Positions 18,697 through 27,864 of a stretch of DNA of 54,915 nucleotides are shown piece by piece (position 1 is the first letter of the stretch; each line of letters opens with the position of its first letter). This DNA comes from a virus. Taxonomy: Duplodnaviria > Caudoviricetes. The notes below the pieces were generated by a model. It worked only from the letters and a program-made list of their open reading frames with translations. It ran no database searches and was not told where the DNA came from. The translations under genes were made by a program, and so were the position numbers. The stretch is taken from positions 1 to 54,915 of IMG/VR virus record IMGVR_UViG_3300042557_000196; one strand, given 5' to 3'.

Positions 18697-21375
18697 GTGA
18701 CGTTCTTTCATACCCACGTCCATAGCCACTACTCGGTTCTGGACGCCATGACCCCGGTTGCTGATCTAGTTCACAAGGCGCATCGTTACTCGCACCCGGC
18801 AATGGGCCTGACCGACCACGGAGTCATGTCAGGTTCGTTCCAGCTCTACAAGGAGTGCCGCAGTCTGGACATGCTCCCGTTCCCCGGCCTTGAGGCATAC
18901 GTCGTGGATGACGTGGACGACAAGACTGCGAAGCGATACCACCTCACGCTCCTGTCGTTCACGACAGAGGGCTACAAGTTCTTGGTCAGGCTCTCCTCGC
19001 TTTCGCACCAGCGTGGCCACTACCACTTCAAGCCACGACTCGGGATTCTGGACCTGATCCAAGCGGCGGGTGCTGATCCCAAGGGTGCCGCTGGAGTCGC
19101 CTGTCTGACCGGGTGCTTCTTCGGGTGGCTCATGCAGCACTACGGCGACCAGTCAGAAGGCAAGAGAGCCGTTGACCAGCTTCGTGCCATCTTCCCGGCG
19201 ACCTACGTTGAGTTGCAGCACCACAACACCCAGCAGAAGGAAGGCCCCGACGATGACGAGGCGCTCGGCTGGTTGATGGACGTTGCCGAAGCTTCGTCCT
19301 CTCCCGTGATTCTGACGCAGGACTGCCACTACTGCGACAAGAGCGAAGGCAAGCTGCACGACCGTATGAAGATGCTCGCCTATGGAGGTGCGGACCCCGG
19401 CGATGTTGGTTTCCCCGGCGACTCTTATCACTTGTCCACGGCAAGCTGGGTTAGGTCGCACGTCAGTGATGCAGTGTGGGAGGCGGCGCTCCCGGCTTAC
19501 GACGACCTGATGAGCAAGCACACTCTGTCCATCCCGACGCTGGACAACTACTCGTTCCACGTTCCGCAGCTTGGCAAGGCGGACCCGCAAGCCGCACTGG
19601 CGAAGGAGTGCGACCGTGCGCTCAAGGATGCGAACCTTGCCTCTACGCCGAAGTACGTCAAGCGGCTGGAGTATGAGCTTGACGTGATCCAGCAGCTCTC
19701 GTTCGCACCGTACTTCCACCTCGTGGCCGACTATTGCCAGTGGTCACGGGATCAGGGAATCAGCATCAACGCCCGCGGGAGTGCGAACGGGTCACTCGTC
19801 TGCTGGCTCATGGGGATCACTGACGTTGACCCGATTGCATGGAGGCTTTCGTTCGACAGGTTCCTAACGATCGACCGTGAGAGGCCACCGGACATTGACC
19901 TTGACGTTGAGGACACAAGGCGTCACGAAGTCATCGACTACCTCAAGGCCAAGCACGACGTGGTGCAGATCGGCACCTACCACGCCATGTCTGCGAACGA
20001 AGAGGGCGGCGGGTCAATCTTCGTGTCGTGGATCAGCAGCAGGCGTCGCGCTCTGGATCACGAAACCTTCCAGCGTGAGTACGGGGGTGTCCGCAACTTG
20101 TGGGACATGAAGAGCAGGCACCCGGAGGAGCTTCGTGAGCTGGACGAGCTTGCGGAGATGAACCTCCTAAAGTCGCCTTCTGCCCACGCTGCCGGGTTCG
20201 TTATGTCTGCCCCGACTCTCAAGGTGGGCGACTGGATTCCGACCATGCTGATCCCGTCGTCAGACACGACCGTGACTCAAATGACGATGGACGACGTGGA
20301 GGACGCAGGGTTCGTCAAGATTGACTTGCTCGGGCTGCGCTCTCTCACAACGCTGCGGATGGCGACGCAGCTTGTTGCTGATCGGGAGAACATGAACCCT
20401 GATGAAGTCATCGAACGTATGCCTCTCAACGACGCCAAGGTGTTCACCTTTCTCCGCAAGGGCATTCCTGACAACGGCGTGTTCCAGATGGAGGGCAAGG
20501 CTGCGGCGCAAGGCTGCCGCCAGCTTGGCGTGAGGCGGATTGAGGACTTGGTACTGGTCAACGCTCTCTACCGCCCAGCGGCCCGTGACGCCGGATACAC
20601 GGAGTCGTATCTCAAGCGGCGCAAGAAGCTGGAGCCAGTGCCGACGTTCCATCCAGTGTTCGACAAGCACCTCAAGCCAACGCTTGGCGTTCCTGCGTTT
20701 CAGGAGCAGGTGCTGGACATTATGCGCGACCTTGGTATGCCAGCCGCAGAAGTCAATAGCGTTCTCAAGGCGATCAAAGGCAAGCACGGCGGTGCTGATT
20801 CCTCTACCTACTTCGACGCCGCCTACTCCAAGTTCGTCACGTCCTGCGCCGAAGCTGGGTTGGACGAGGATCAGACAGACCATGCATGGGACTTGGTAGA
20901 AGGCTTCTCTCGCTACGGGTTCAACCGTGCCCACGCCGTTGCCTACTCCTTGCTCGGGTACAGGCTTGCTTGGCTCAAGGTCAACTTCCCGCTGGAGTTC
21001 CACACTGCGCTGCTGGCCACCACTGCGGGCACGAAGAAGGAAATCCTCTACGCCAAGGAAGCCCGTAGGTCAGGAGTTCGACTGCTGCCACCTGACGTGA
21101 ACATCTCTGGGATGACGTGGACCATCGACCGCCAGCGCAATGCAATCCGCCGTGGCCTCGTGTCCATTGACGGGGTTGGCATGAACGCAGCAGAAGAGGT
21201 TTGGGGGTCCGCACCATACGAGTCAATGGATGACCTCATCGAACGCACCCATTCCCGCATCGTCACTGGCGGAAAGGAGTGGGCCAAGTCCGGTCTATTG
21301 AAGGGAGTGCTAGTGAAGCTTCGTGAAGCTGGGGCCTTGAGGTCCCTTGGTGTCAAGCCGGAAGGAGAGTCATGA
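18697..21375 (+). CDS. dnaE: DNA polymerase III alpha subunit (phage family C polymerase)
   Basis: PHP domain HTHVHSHYSVLD and TDHG; RGSA, PDIDLD, KIDLLGL and YGFNRAHA; ends shortly after the HhH region. Confidence 0.96.
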   Translation: MTFFHTHVHSHYSVLDAMTPVADLVHKAHRYSHPAMGLTDHGVMSGSFQLYKECRSLDMLPFPGLEAYVVDDVDDKTAKRYHLTLLSFTTEGYKFLVRLSSLSHQRGHYHFKPRLGILDLIQAAGADPKGAAGVACLTGCFFGWLMQHYGDQSEGKRAVDQLRAIFPATYVELQHHNTQQKEGPDDDEALGWLMDVAEASSSPVILTQDCHYCDKSEGKLHDRMKMLAYGGADPGDVGFPGDSYHLSTASWVRSHVSDAVWEAALPAYDDLMSKHTLSIPTLDNYSFHVPQLGKADPQAALAKECDRALKDANLASTPKYVKRLEYELDVIQQLSFAPYFHLVADYCQWSRDQGISINARGSANGSLVCWLMGITDVDPIAWRLSFDRFLTIDRERPPDIDLDVEDTRRHEVIDYLKAKHDVVQIGTYHAMSANEEGGGSIFVSWISSRRRALDHETFQREYGGVRNLWDMKSRHPEELRELDELAEMNLLKSPSAHAAGFVMSAPTLKVGDWIPTMLIPSSDTTVTQMTMDDVEDAGFVKIDLLGLRSLTTLRMATQLVADRENMNPDEVIERMPLNDAKVFTFLRKGIPDNGVFQMEGKAAAQGCRQLGVRRIEDLVLVNALYRPAARDAGYTESYLKRRKKLEPVPTFHPVFDKHLKPTLGVPAFQEQVLDIMRDLGMPAAEVNSVLKAIKGKHGGADSSTYFDAAYSKFVTSCAEAGLDEDQTDHAWDLVEGFSRYGFNRAHAVAYSLLGYRLAWLKVNFPLEFHTALLATTAGTKKEILYAKEARRSGVRLLPPDVNISGMTWTIDRQRNAIRRGLVSIDGVGMNAAEEVWGSAPYESMDDLIERTHSRIVTGGKEWAKSGLLKGVLVKLREAGALRSLGVKPEGES

Positions 21376-22166
21376 AGTGCCCGCACGGTATGAGTTCGGC
21401 TTCGTGGTGTCGCCAGTGCAAATCCGCACTGATGGTCGCCGCAGAGCTGGCCAAGGAAGAGAAGAAGAAGGAGCGAAAGGCAAGCCGCGAAGAGCTGCAC
21501 GAAATCAGGAAGCGAGTCAGCGACCACTTGAGCGTTCTCTCTAACGCCATTGGCGTGAGCATCAGTGGACAAACCGCTGAGTCGTTTGTCAGGGCAACTA
21601 GCACGCAGCTCAAGTCCCAGAAGGCAGAGGAAGTCATCAAGTCGCTCACCAACCAAGACGGCTATCTCAAACCAAGCGGCCAGCCGCTCAGTGGCGAGGC
21701 AATCATCCGTGCGGCCAGCGATGCTGACAGAATCGCGACGCCTGAGCTGGCTGCGGTGACCTGCAAGTACGACTCCACTTGTCCAATGTGCCCGACTGGC
21801 ACGGCCCCGAGAATCAAGAAGGGGCTCTTCATTGGGCGCTTCTCACCGCCGTTCTTCCCCTCGCAGACTCACTTTGACAAGGCTGACCAGCATATGCACA
21901 GGAGGGTCATGAACCGTGACGCACCGTGGCTCTGCACGACGTGTTTCGTAGCCTGTCTGTCGGCTCACATCGACGCTGTACACAAGAACCTTGCCCACCC
22001 AGCGTCGTTCTCTATCGGAACCGTTGTTCCCGAATGGATCATCTACCTTGCGGGCGACCTCTGTGAGAGCAGGCCGCTGCTGGAGGTCCGTCAGGGGAAG
22101 CACCAGTCAAGTCGATCCCGCTGGATCACCGTTCCTCGCACGCTCGTTTCTACGACCGGCAACTAA
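21372..22166 (+). CDS. Cys-rich hypothetical protein
   Basis: ATGA overlap with dnaE; CPHG..CRQC, CPMC and CTTC clusters. Confidence 0.6.
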   Translation: MKCPHGMSSASWCRQCKSALMVAAELAKEEKKKERKASREELHEIRKRVSDHLSVLSNAIGVSISGQTAESFVRATSTQLKSQKAEEVIKSLTNQDGYLKPSGQPLSGEAIIRAASDADRIATPELAAVTCKYDSTCPMCPTGTAPRIKKGLFIGRFSPPFFPSQTHFDKADQHMHRRVMNRDAPWLCTTCFVACLSAHIDAVHKNLAHPASFSIGTVVPEWIIYLAGDLCESRPLLEVRQGKHQSSRSRWITVPRTLVSTTGN

Positions 22167-22178
22167 CAGGAGGCATAC

Positions 22179-23240
22179 ATGCCATCGAAAGCAGCGGAGA
22201 TTGCTGCCGAACTGAACAAGCAACTTGGCTCTGAAACCGTCAAGCTTGCAAGCGACCCGTCATTGCAGATCAGCTACCTGCGAACTGGCGTCCTCCCAAT
22301 GGACGTGCTGCTACAGGGTGGCCTGCCAAGAGGCAGGTTCGTGGAAATCTACGGCGACTACTCCACGCTCAAGTCGTATGTCGCACTCCGGGCAATCGCC
22401 ACGACCCAAGAAGCTGGCGGGGTTTGCGCGCTGGTGGACACAGAGCATTCCTTCGATCCCGACTGGGCGTCGTCGCTTGGGGTGGATGTTGGCTCGCTCA
22501 TCTTGCAGCGACCGCCTACCGGAGAGGACGCCGTTGACGTGTCCGAACTGCTGATCCGTCAGGACGTTGACCTCTTGGTTTGGGATTCTGTCGCCGCAAC
22601 TCTTCCGCAGGACGAAGCGAAGAAGCGTCTGGCCAAGGAGAACATTCAGCCTGCAAGGCTGGCTCACCTCATGTCTGCTGCGTCACGCAGGCTCACCGCT
22701 GCGAATGACAAGACTGCGGTTCTATTCATCAACCAGACGAGGCTCAACGTCGGCCAGTTGTTTGGTGATCCGACCGTGGTTCCCGGTGGCAAGTCGCTCC
22801 CGTTCTATGCCAGCTACCGGATCAGTCTCCGCAAGGCTGGCGCAGTCAAGAAGGAGATTGACGTATTCCAGCCCGGTGACGAGAAGGGCAAGGTCAAGAA
22901 GGCGAAGGGCAAGGAGGTGGTCGCATACAAGATCAAGGCGACGGTGGAGAAGTCCAAGCTCTCCAAGCCGTTCCGTGATACCTACCTCATCTACGACTTG
23001 GAAACGGCACGCATTGACGAAGTTGGTTTCGTCATCGCACACGGATTGGAGCAACGGTGGATCGAACAGACGGGAGTGGGGACGTACAAGGTCGGGGACC
23101 AAAGCGTAAGAGGAATCGACAACCTGCGTGGCTTGATTCAGAGCACCCCGCAGTTGCTGGAAGAACTGACCGCAAAGGCTCTAGGTGGCGAGCCAGAACC
23201 CGTCAGCAAGAAGGTCGTGCGACGGAGAAAGAAGTCCTGA
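22179..23240 (+). CDS. recA: RecA recombinase
   Basis: GGLPRGRFVEIYG, DTEHSFDP, DSVAA, FINQTR and PGGKSLPFYAS motifs. Confidence 0.93.
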   Translation: MPSKAAEIAAELNKQLGSETVKLASDPSLQISYLRTGVLPMDVLLQGGLPRGRFVEIYGDYSTLKSYVALRAIATTQEAGGVCALVDTEHSFDPDWASSLGVDVGSLILQRPPTGEDAVDVSELLIRQDVDLLVWDSVAATLPQDEAKKRLAKENIQPARLAHLMSAASRRLTAANDKTAVLFINQTRLNVGQLFGDPTVVPGGKSLPFYASYRISLRKAGAVKKEIDVFQPGDEKGKVKKAKGKEVVAYKIKATVEKSKLSKPFRDTYLIYDLETARIDEVGFVIAHGLEQRWIEQTGVGTYKVGDQSVRGIDNLRGLIQSTPQLLEELTAKALGGEPEPVSKKVVRRRKKS

Positions 23241-23503
23241 CTTCGATGGGAGCAAGAGTGCATCCAATGTCAGGCGCTGGGCGCATCAAAGCCGACGGCT
23301 CTGACGACGACTACCTGTACGAAATCAAGGACGCCAACAAGAGCTTCACGCTCAAGTCTGACGACCTTCGCTTCCTCTACGCCGAAGCGGTCAAGCAGAT
23401 GAGGCAGCCAGTCATGCTGGTGAGCTTCCAGCACGGCGACCTCACTGCGGTCATTCAGGTGGTGCCAACCACGTCACTGAGCAACTGGAGGGACAACAAG
23501 TGA
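23057..23503 (+). CDS. PD-(D/E)XK Holliday-junction resolvase-like nuclease
   Basis: G..TE..GARVHPMSGAG..D..YEIK pattern; start uncertain because it overlaps recA. Confidence 0.6.
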   Translation: MDRTDGSGDVQGRGPKRKRNRQPAWLDSEHPAVAGRTDRKGSRWRARTRQQEGRATEKEVLTSMGARVHPMSGAGRIKADGSDDDYLYEIKDANKSFTLKSDDLRFLYAEAVKQMRQPVMLVSFQHGDLTAVIQVVPTTSLSNWRDNK

Positions 23504-24276
23504 GCACTAGCGACCTGCGTAAGCTGATCGGCTCTCAGAACGTCATCACGCCACGACTGACCCAGTGGCTCGTATCCAATGGCGAAGTCAACCTGACAAA
23601 CCCAGAGGTCCGTGAGCGCATGGTGGAAATCATGTCTGCGGATCACCACAGAGCCAAGGGCTGGCACCCGTCAACGATCATGTCGTGCAAGCGGGCGCAA
23701 GTGTTTGAGTGGCTTGGCGTGCCGAGCGAGCAGAACCACTCCGTTGAGCTGCTCAACATCTTCGCTGATGGGACGTGGAGACACTTGCGGTGGCAGACGA
23801 TGTTGCTCACCGCTGGCATCCTGACCGACGTGGAAATCCCCGTCAGCGACGAGGCCACTGGCTTGGTCGGTTCGATGGACGGCGAGGGAGAGTACAAGGG
23901 CGACAAGTTCATGTTTGAGCTAAAGGGCATCTTCCAGCTCAACGACTCTCTGCCCTACTCAACCCACTTGTGGCAGGTCAACGCTTACCTCTTGATGCGC
24001 CCGGACCTTGACTACTGCGTCATGGTCTATGAGGACAAGCGGACCCAGAACTGGCGTGAGTACAAGGTCACCCGATCAGCCCAGCACCAGAAGTCTCTTC
24101 GCCGTCGCTGCGAATCACTCAACAACCACGTTGCAACGAAGGAGCTACCAATTGTCCAGCCAGAGTGCGTCAAGGAAACCGGCCCGGAGTGGAAAGGTTG
24201 CCCGTATCAGTCAGTCTGCAAGTCGTTCGGTAGCTGGGGGGAGGCAGAAGAAGCGGCTGGCGCGGACCCCTTCTAG
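23500..24276 (+). CDS. Cas4-like/RecB-family exonuclease
   Basis: HPS..CKR, D..ELK, QVNAY and C-terminal C..CPY...C cluster ligands; no CRISPR nearby. Confidence 0.8.
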   Translation: MSTSDLRKLIGSQNVITPRLTQWLVSNGEVNLTNPEVRERMVEIMSADHHRAKGWHPSTIMSCKRAQVFEWLGVPSEQNHSVELLNIFADGTWRHLRWQTMLLTAGILTDVEIPVSDEATGLVGSMDGEGEYKGDKFMFELKGIFQLNDSLPYSTHLWQVNAYLLMRPDLDYCVMVYEDKRTQNWREYKVTRSAQHQKSLRRRCESLNNHVATKELPIVQPECVKETGPEWKGCPYQSVCKSFGSWGEAEEAAGADPF

Positions 24277-24646
24277 CATCAGCACTGAGGATGATTCGCT
24301 CCGCAAGTTCCGTTTGGATGCAGGGCTTCCGACTCTTGCAGAATGCAGGCGTGAGCTGGACGACTACCTCCGTGTCCTGATGGGCAATGAAGAGCCGCCG
24401 ATCCAGAACGGCGTTATGTCGCTGCTGGAGGTGGCAAACGCGTACCTTTCTCGGGCACTTGAAATGACCATGCTGATCCAGCGTGCCGAGTCGGAGGGGT
24501 ATGTCACGAAGGGGTCAGCCTTCTACAAGTTCAGGACTGGGGAACTCAGGACGTTCACTGAGCTTGCCAGTAAGGCGGCAGAGCTTGGCTCTCGCCGTGT
24601 CACCGCAGCCCAAATGGAGTACCAGATGCAGGAAGGGCCAGCATGA
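24008..24646 (+). CDS. Hypothetical helical protein (true start probably well downstream of 24008)
   Basis: The 3-prime ~360 nt fill the gap after the exonuclease and look coding. Confidence 0.5.
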   Translation: MTTASWSMRTSGPRTGVSTRSPDQPSTRSLFAVAANHSTTTLQRRSYQLSSQSASRKPARSGKVARISQSASRSVAGGRQKKRLARTPSSISTEDDSLRKFRLDAGLPTLAECRRELDDYLRVLMGNEEPPIQNGVMSLLEVANAYLSRALEMTMLIQRAESEGYVTKGSAFYKFRTGELRTFTELASKAAELGSRRVTAAQMEYQMQEGPA

Positions 24647-24831
24647 GTGTCTGCAACAACGTCATGAGTACCTCAAACGTCACGCTGGCGTGCGACAAGC
24701 CGAAGGGTCACAACGGCTCGCATTCAGAACACGTCGTCCCAGTCAAGGGAAGGCCCTTCATCATCTGCTGGAACGGCTCTGGCGATAGTTACTGGATTCA
24801 TGGCGAGGAGCCTGCCGGTGGCACCCAGTAG
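24643..24831 (+). CDS. Small Cys/His protein
   Basis: ATGA overlap; C..C..GH.G.H pattern. Confidence 0.5.
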   Translation: MSVCNNVMSTSNVTLACDKPKGHNGSHSEHVVPVKGRPFIICWNGSGDSYWIHGEEPAGGTQ

Positions 24832-25027
24832 GTGGGAGACTGTCAGATTGGCCGAACTGCGGGCTGGCGACGTGGTGAAGCACAAGCGCAGAGTCGGAGA
24901 AGTGTGCCGGGTCTACATGGAGCAGGGCGGCAAGTGCTGGTTTGACGTAAGGTGGCGCAAGCCCAGCACTGTCGCCGTCGGTCGTGGTGATCCGCAGTCA
25001 ACGATTGTGAGGAAGGCGAGCAAGTAG
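24800..25027 (+). CDS. Small basic beta-rich protein
   Basis: Fills the gap at the end of the operon; start uncertain. Confidence 0.45.
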   Translation: MARSLPVAPSRWETVRLAELRAGDVVKHKRRVGEVCRVYMEQGGKCWFDVRWRKPSTVAVGRGDPQSTIVRKASK

Positions 25028-25087
25028 TTCCCGCCTCTACGCCGGGGTCGCCTACGCTGGGGCGGTTCGACCACCTAGGAGTGCCTG

Positions 25088-25354
25088 ATGAAGAACCTCT
25101 GGAACCGCGAGCCAGCCCTTTGGCTTGGCCTCATCACCGCAGCGGTCAACCTTGCCACGGCGTTCGGCCTGAACCTTGACGCTGCCCAGCAAGGAGCTAT
25201 CGGTGCGTTCTCGGTTGCGATCATGGCTCTGGTCACTCGCAGTGTCGTCACTTCTCCTGCTTCTGCTGCGGTCCTTCTGGACGATAACGCTGCCCTTGAG
25301 GCTTCGCTTGGTCAGGCGCTGGATCAGCTCCAGCTCCCGATGCCAGAGGAGTGA
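25088..25354 (+). CDS. Holin-like membrane protein
   Basis: REPA..two hydrophobic helices..RSVVTSP pattern seen in actinophage holin-like proteins; AGGAG ribosome-binding site. Confidence 0.6.
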   Translation: MKNLWNREPALWLGLITAAVNLATAFGLNLDAAQQGAIGAFSVAIMALVTRSVVTSPASAAVLLDDNAALEASLGQALDQLQLPMPEE

Positions 25355-25355
25355 C

Positions 25356-25553
25356 GTGGCTTCGGCAGGCAGGCGAGCGACTTCGTTCGACCGGAGCGTT
25401 GCTCAGGATCGCTTTGTCTGCCAGTGGTGCTACTCGCTTCACGAAGCCATCATCGTCCCAAGTGAGCAGTCCAAATCAGGCTTGCTCATGTTCCTTCTCT
25501 GCCCAATCTGCGATGACTTGCCAGAAAAGCACACCCGTGCGGGAGGCCGTTGA
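25356..25553 (+). CDS. Small zinc-ribbon protein
   Basis: GTG 25356 after AGGAG; CQWC..CPIC; stop overlaps the portal start. Confidence 0.5.
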   Translation: MASAGRRATSFDRSVAQDRFVCQWCYSLHEAIIVPSEQSKSGLLMFLLCPICDDLPEKHTRAGGR

Positions 25554-27004
25554 TGCCAGCCATGCCCTCTAGGTCGCCAAACTTCAACCCGATGGACGAG
25601 CTTGGTGCGACCGGGCTGAACATCTACGCAGGTCAGGTGCGGGAGGAGTTCCTCAAGCAACTGAGCGGCATTCGGGCGATCCGTGTCTACACAGAGATGC
25701 GTGACAACGACCCGCTGGTTGGGGCGGTTCTGTTCGCCGTCGATCAGCTCCTCAAGCAAGTTGAGTGGAAGGCTTACCCCTCCAAGCAGTCGCAGGATGA
25801 GGATGACGAAGAGTCTCCGCTGCGAGAAGCTGCCGAGAAGGAAGCTGAGTTTCTCCAGTCGTGCCTGTACGACATGAACTCCTCATGGTCAGACACCATC
25901 TCGGAAGTCCTCTCCATGCTGGTGTACGGGTGGTCCTACCACGAGCTGGTCTACAAGAAGCGTGACACTGAGAACTCCAAGTACCCGGACGGGCGGATTG
26001 GCTGGAAGAAGTGGCCCATTCGCTCGCAGGAGTCGTTGCTGGATTGGGTCGTGGATGACTCTGGAACGATCCGTGGGCTGGTGCAGAACCCACCCCCTCG
26101 CTTCGGCAACGTGTTCATCCCGATTGAGAAGGCGCTGCTGTTCCGTACCTCGGTGTACAAGAACAACCCGGAAGGACGCTCGCTTCTCCGCAACGCCTAC
26201 CGCCCTTGGTACTTCAAGAAAACGATTGAGGAAATCGAAGCCGTAGGCATCGAACGTGACCTCGCTGGTCTGCCAGTCATGTATCTGCCAGTGGACGTGA
26301 TGAAGGCTGACGCTCCTGACTGGATGAAGGCGATTTACAACGACGCCAAGGAGTTGGTGGTCAACATTCGACGGGACGCTCAGGAAGGCGTGATCCTGCC
26401 GTTCCTGACTGATCCTGACACCTCCCAGCAGTCGATCCGGCTCGAGCTCTTGTCCAGCGGTGGGTCGCGTTCGTTCGATACGAGCAGCATCATTGAGAGG
26501 TACGACAAGCGGATCGCCATGACGGTGCTGGCCGACTTCATCCTGCTCGGTCACTCCAACGTCGGATCGTTCGCGCTGTCCTCTGACAAGACAGATATCT
26601 TCGCCGTCACGCTTGGCTCCATCATGCGTTCCATCCGTGACGTGGTGAACGACCACGCCGTGCCTCGCCTGATGAAGCTCAATGGCGTCAGGCAGGAGCT
26701 GTGGCCATACCTTGACTTTGGCGACATTGAGACACCGCCACTGGCTGAGATTGCCTCCTACGTTCAGGCGCTCGTTGCTTCCGGCGTTCCTCTGTTCCCC
26801 GATGAAGGTCTGTCGGAGCATTTGCTCAAGATTGCTGGCCTGCCCAAGCCAGAGCATTCCTTGGACAAGCCTGCGACGCCACCCGGCGCAGAAGGCATGG
26901 AATCAGCACCAGCCTCCGAGGAAGAGGATGAGGACGCCGACGTGGAGGCCGAGCTTGAGTCCATCCTGTCTGGCGAGGAACCGCAGGCTGATGGGGAATC
27001 GTGA
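25553..27004 (+). CDS. Portal protein (Mu gp29-like)
   Basis: YGWSYHELVY, NPEGRSLLRNAY, GIERDLAGLP and GSFALS motifs; size and position before the MuF gene. Confidence 0.88.
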   Translation: MPAMPSRSPNFNPMDELGATGLNIYAGQVREEFLKQLSGIRAIRVYTEMRDNDPLVGAVLFAVDQLLKQVEWKAYPSKQSQDEDDEESPLREAAEKEAEFLQSCLYDMNSSWSDTISEVLSMLVYGWSYHELVYKKRDTENSKYPDGRIGWKKWPIRSQESLLDWVVDDSGTIRGLVQNPPPRFGNVFIPIEKALLFRTSVYKNNPEGRSLLRNAYRPWYFKKTIEEIEAVGIERDLAGLPVMYLPVDVMKADAPDWMKAIYNDAKELVVNIRRDAQEGVILPFLTDPDTSQQSIRLELLSSGGSRSFDTSSIIERYDKRIAMTVLADFILLGHSNVGSFALSSDKTDIFAVTLGSIMRSIRDVVNDHAVPRLMKLNGVRQELWPYLDFGDIETPPLAEIASYVQALVASGVPLFPDEGLSEHLLKIAGLPKPEHSLDKPATPPGAEGMESAPASEEEDEDADVEAELESILSGEEPQADGES

Positions 27005-27864
27005 GTCCGGCGACCATCGCACCGCGCTTTCGCCCACGAGAGGTTGAGTCTGTCGTTGACAAGTTGTGGGCCAAGTACGACTCAGAGCTTGACGCCGCCT
27101 TCCTTGCGTCAGTCCGCAAGACGCTGAGTACCAAGGACGCACGGCGGGCAAGGGACTACCTCGCAGAATCGGCAGTCGTCCCTAGCGTGCTGATCCGACG
27201 CCTGCACGTTGAGATCACGCCGCTCGCCCGTGTCTTTGCCAAGGCGGCGAGGGACGCCCACGTCGCCACGATGAATGCCTACGGGCAGCTCTCCAAGGCA
27301 GCCATGCCGCCAGACCTGTCTGAATCGCTGCTAGCGGTGATCGCAGAGCTTTCGGATGACCTTGACGCCACGGCACGAGAGGCGGTCGTGGTGGCGCTTA
27401 CAAAGGCCATCAGGGGCAACCTCTCACCGGCAGAGCTGCGGGAAGTGTTCGACAACTCCATGTTCCTGAACCCGCAGCTTGCACTGGCGGTGGAGAATCT
27501 CCGTGCTGGGCTGGTGGCCAAGGACGTTGCGCCGGGATCAGCACGGTCCTCTGCCAACCAGTACGCCCTGTCTCTACGCCGATCACGCGCAGCTACCGTC
27601 GCCAGAACAGAGCTTGCCAAGGCCGTCGAAGCCGGGAAGATGACTGCCTACGACGAGATTCTCTCCAACGTGGGGATGCCCACTGGGTACGCAGAGCTTG
27701 AGTGGCTGGTCACGAAGGACGACCGGCTCTGCCGCAAGTGTGTGGCAATGGATGGCGACCGCACGAGCTACGACTCGCCAGCGTGGTCGGCACCTCTCCA
27801 CCCGAACTGCCGATGCACCACGCTTCTGGTGTTCCCTGACATCTCTAAGGGTGACTACTCATGA
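27001..27864 (+). CDS. MuF-like minor head protein
   Basis: ARTE, W..D.R.C..C..MDG and PLHPNCRC motifs. Confidence 0.88.
   Translation: MSPATIAPRFRPREVESVVDKLWAKYDSELDAAFLASVRKTLSTKDARRARDYLAESAVVPSVLIRRLHVEITPLARVFAKAARDAHVATMNAYGQLSKAAMPPDLSESLLAVIAELSDDLDATAREAVVVALTKAIRGNLSPAELREVFDNSMFLNPQLALAVENLRAGLVAKDVAPGSARSSANQYALSLRRSRAATVARTELAKAVEAGKMTAYDEILSNVGMPTGYAELEWLVTKDDRLCRKCVAMDGDRTSYDSPAWSAPLHPNCRCTTLLVFPDISKGDYS

Noticed and set aside
18697-21375. Intein or intron in DnaE (also checked terL, DnaB and RecA)
   Set aside because: Lengths are normal or short, and no intein splice-junction or LAGLIDADG motifs were seen
23500-24276. Cas4-like gene as evidence of a CRISPR-Cas system
   Set aside because: No repeat-spacer array or other cas genes were seen; solo Cas4-like nucleases are common in phage recombination modules
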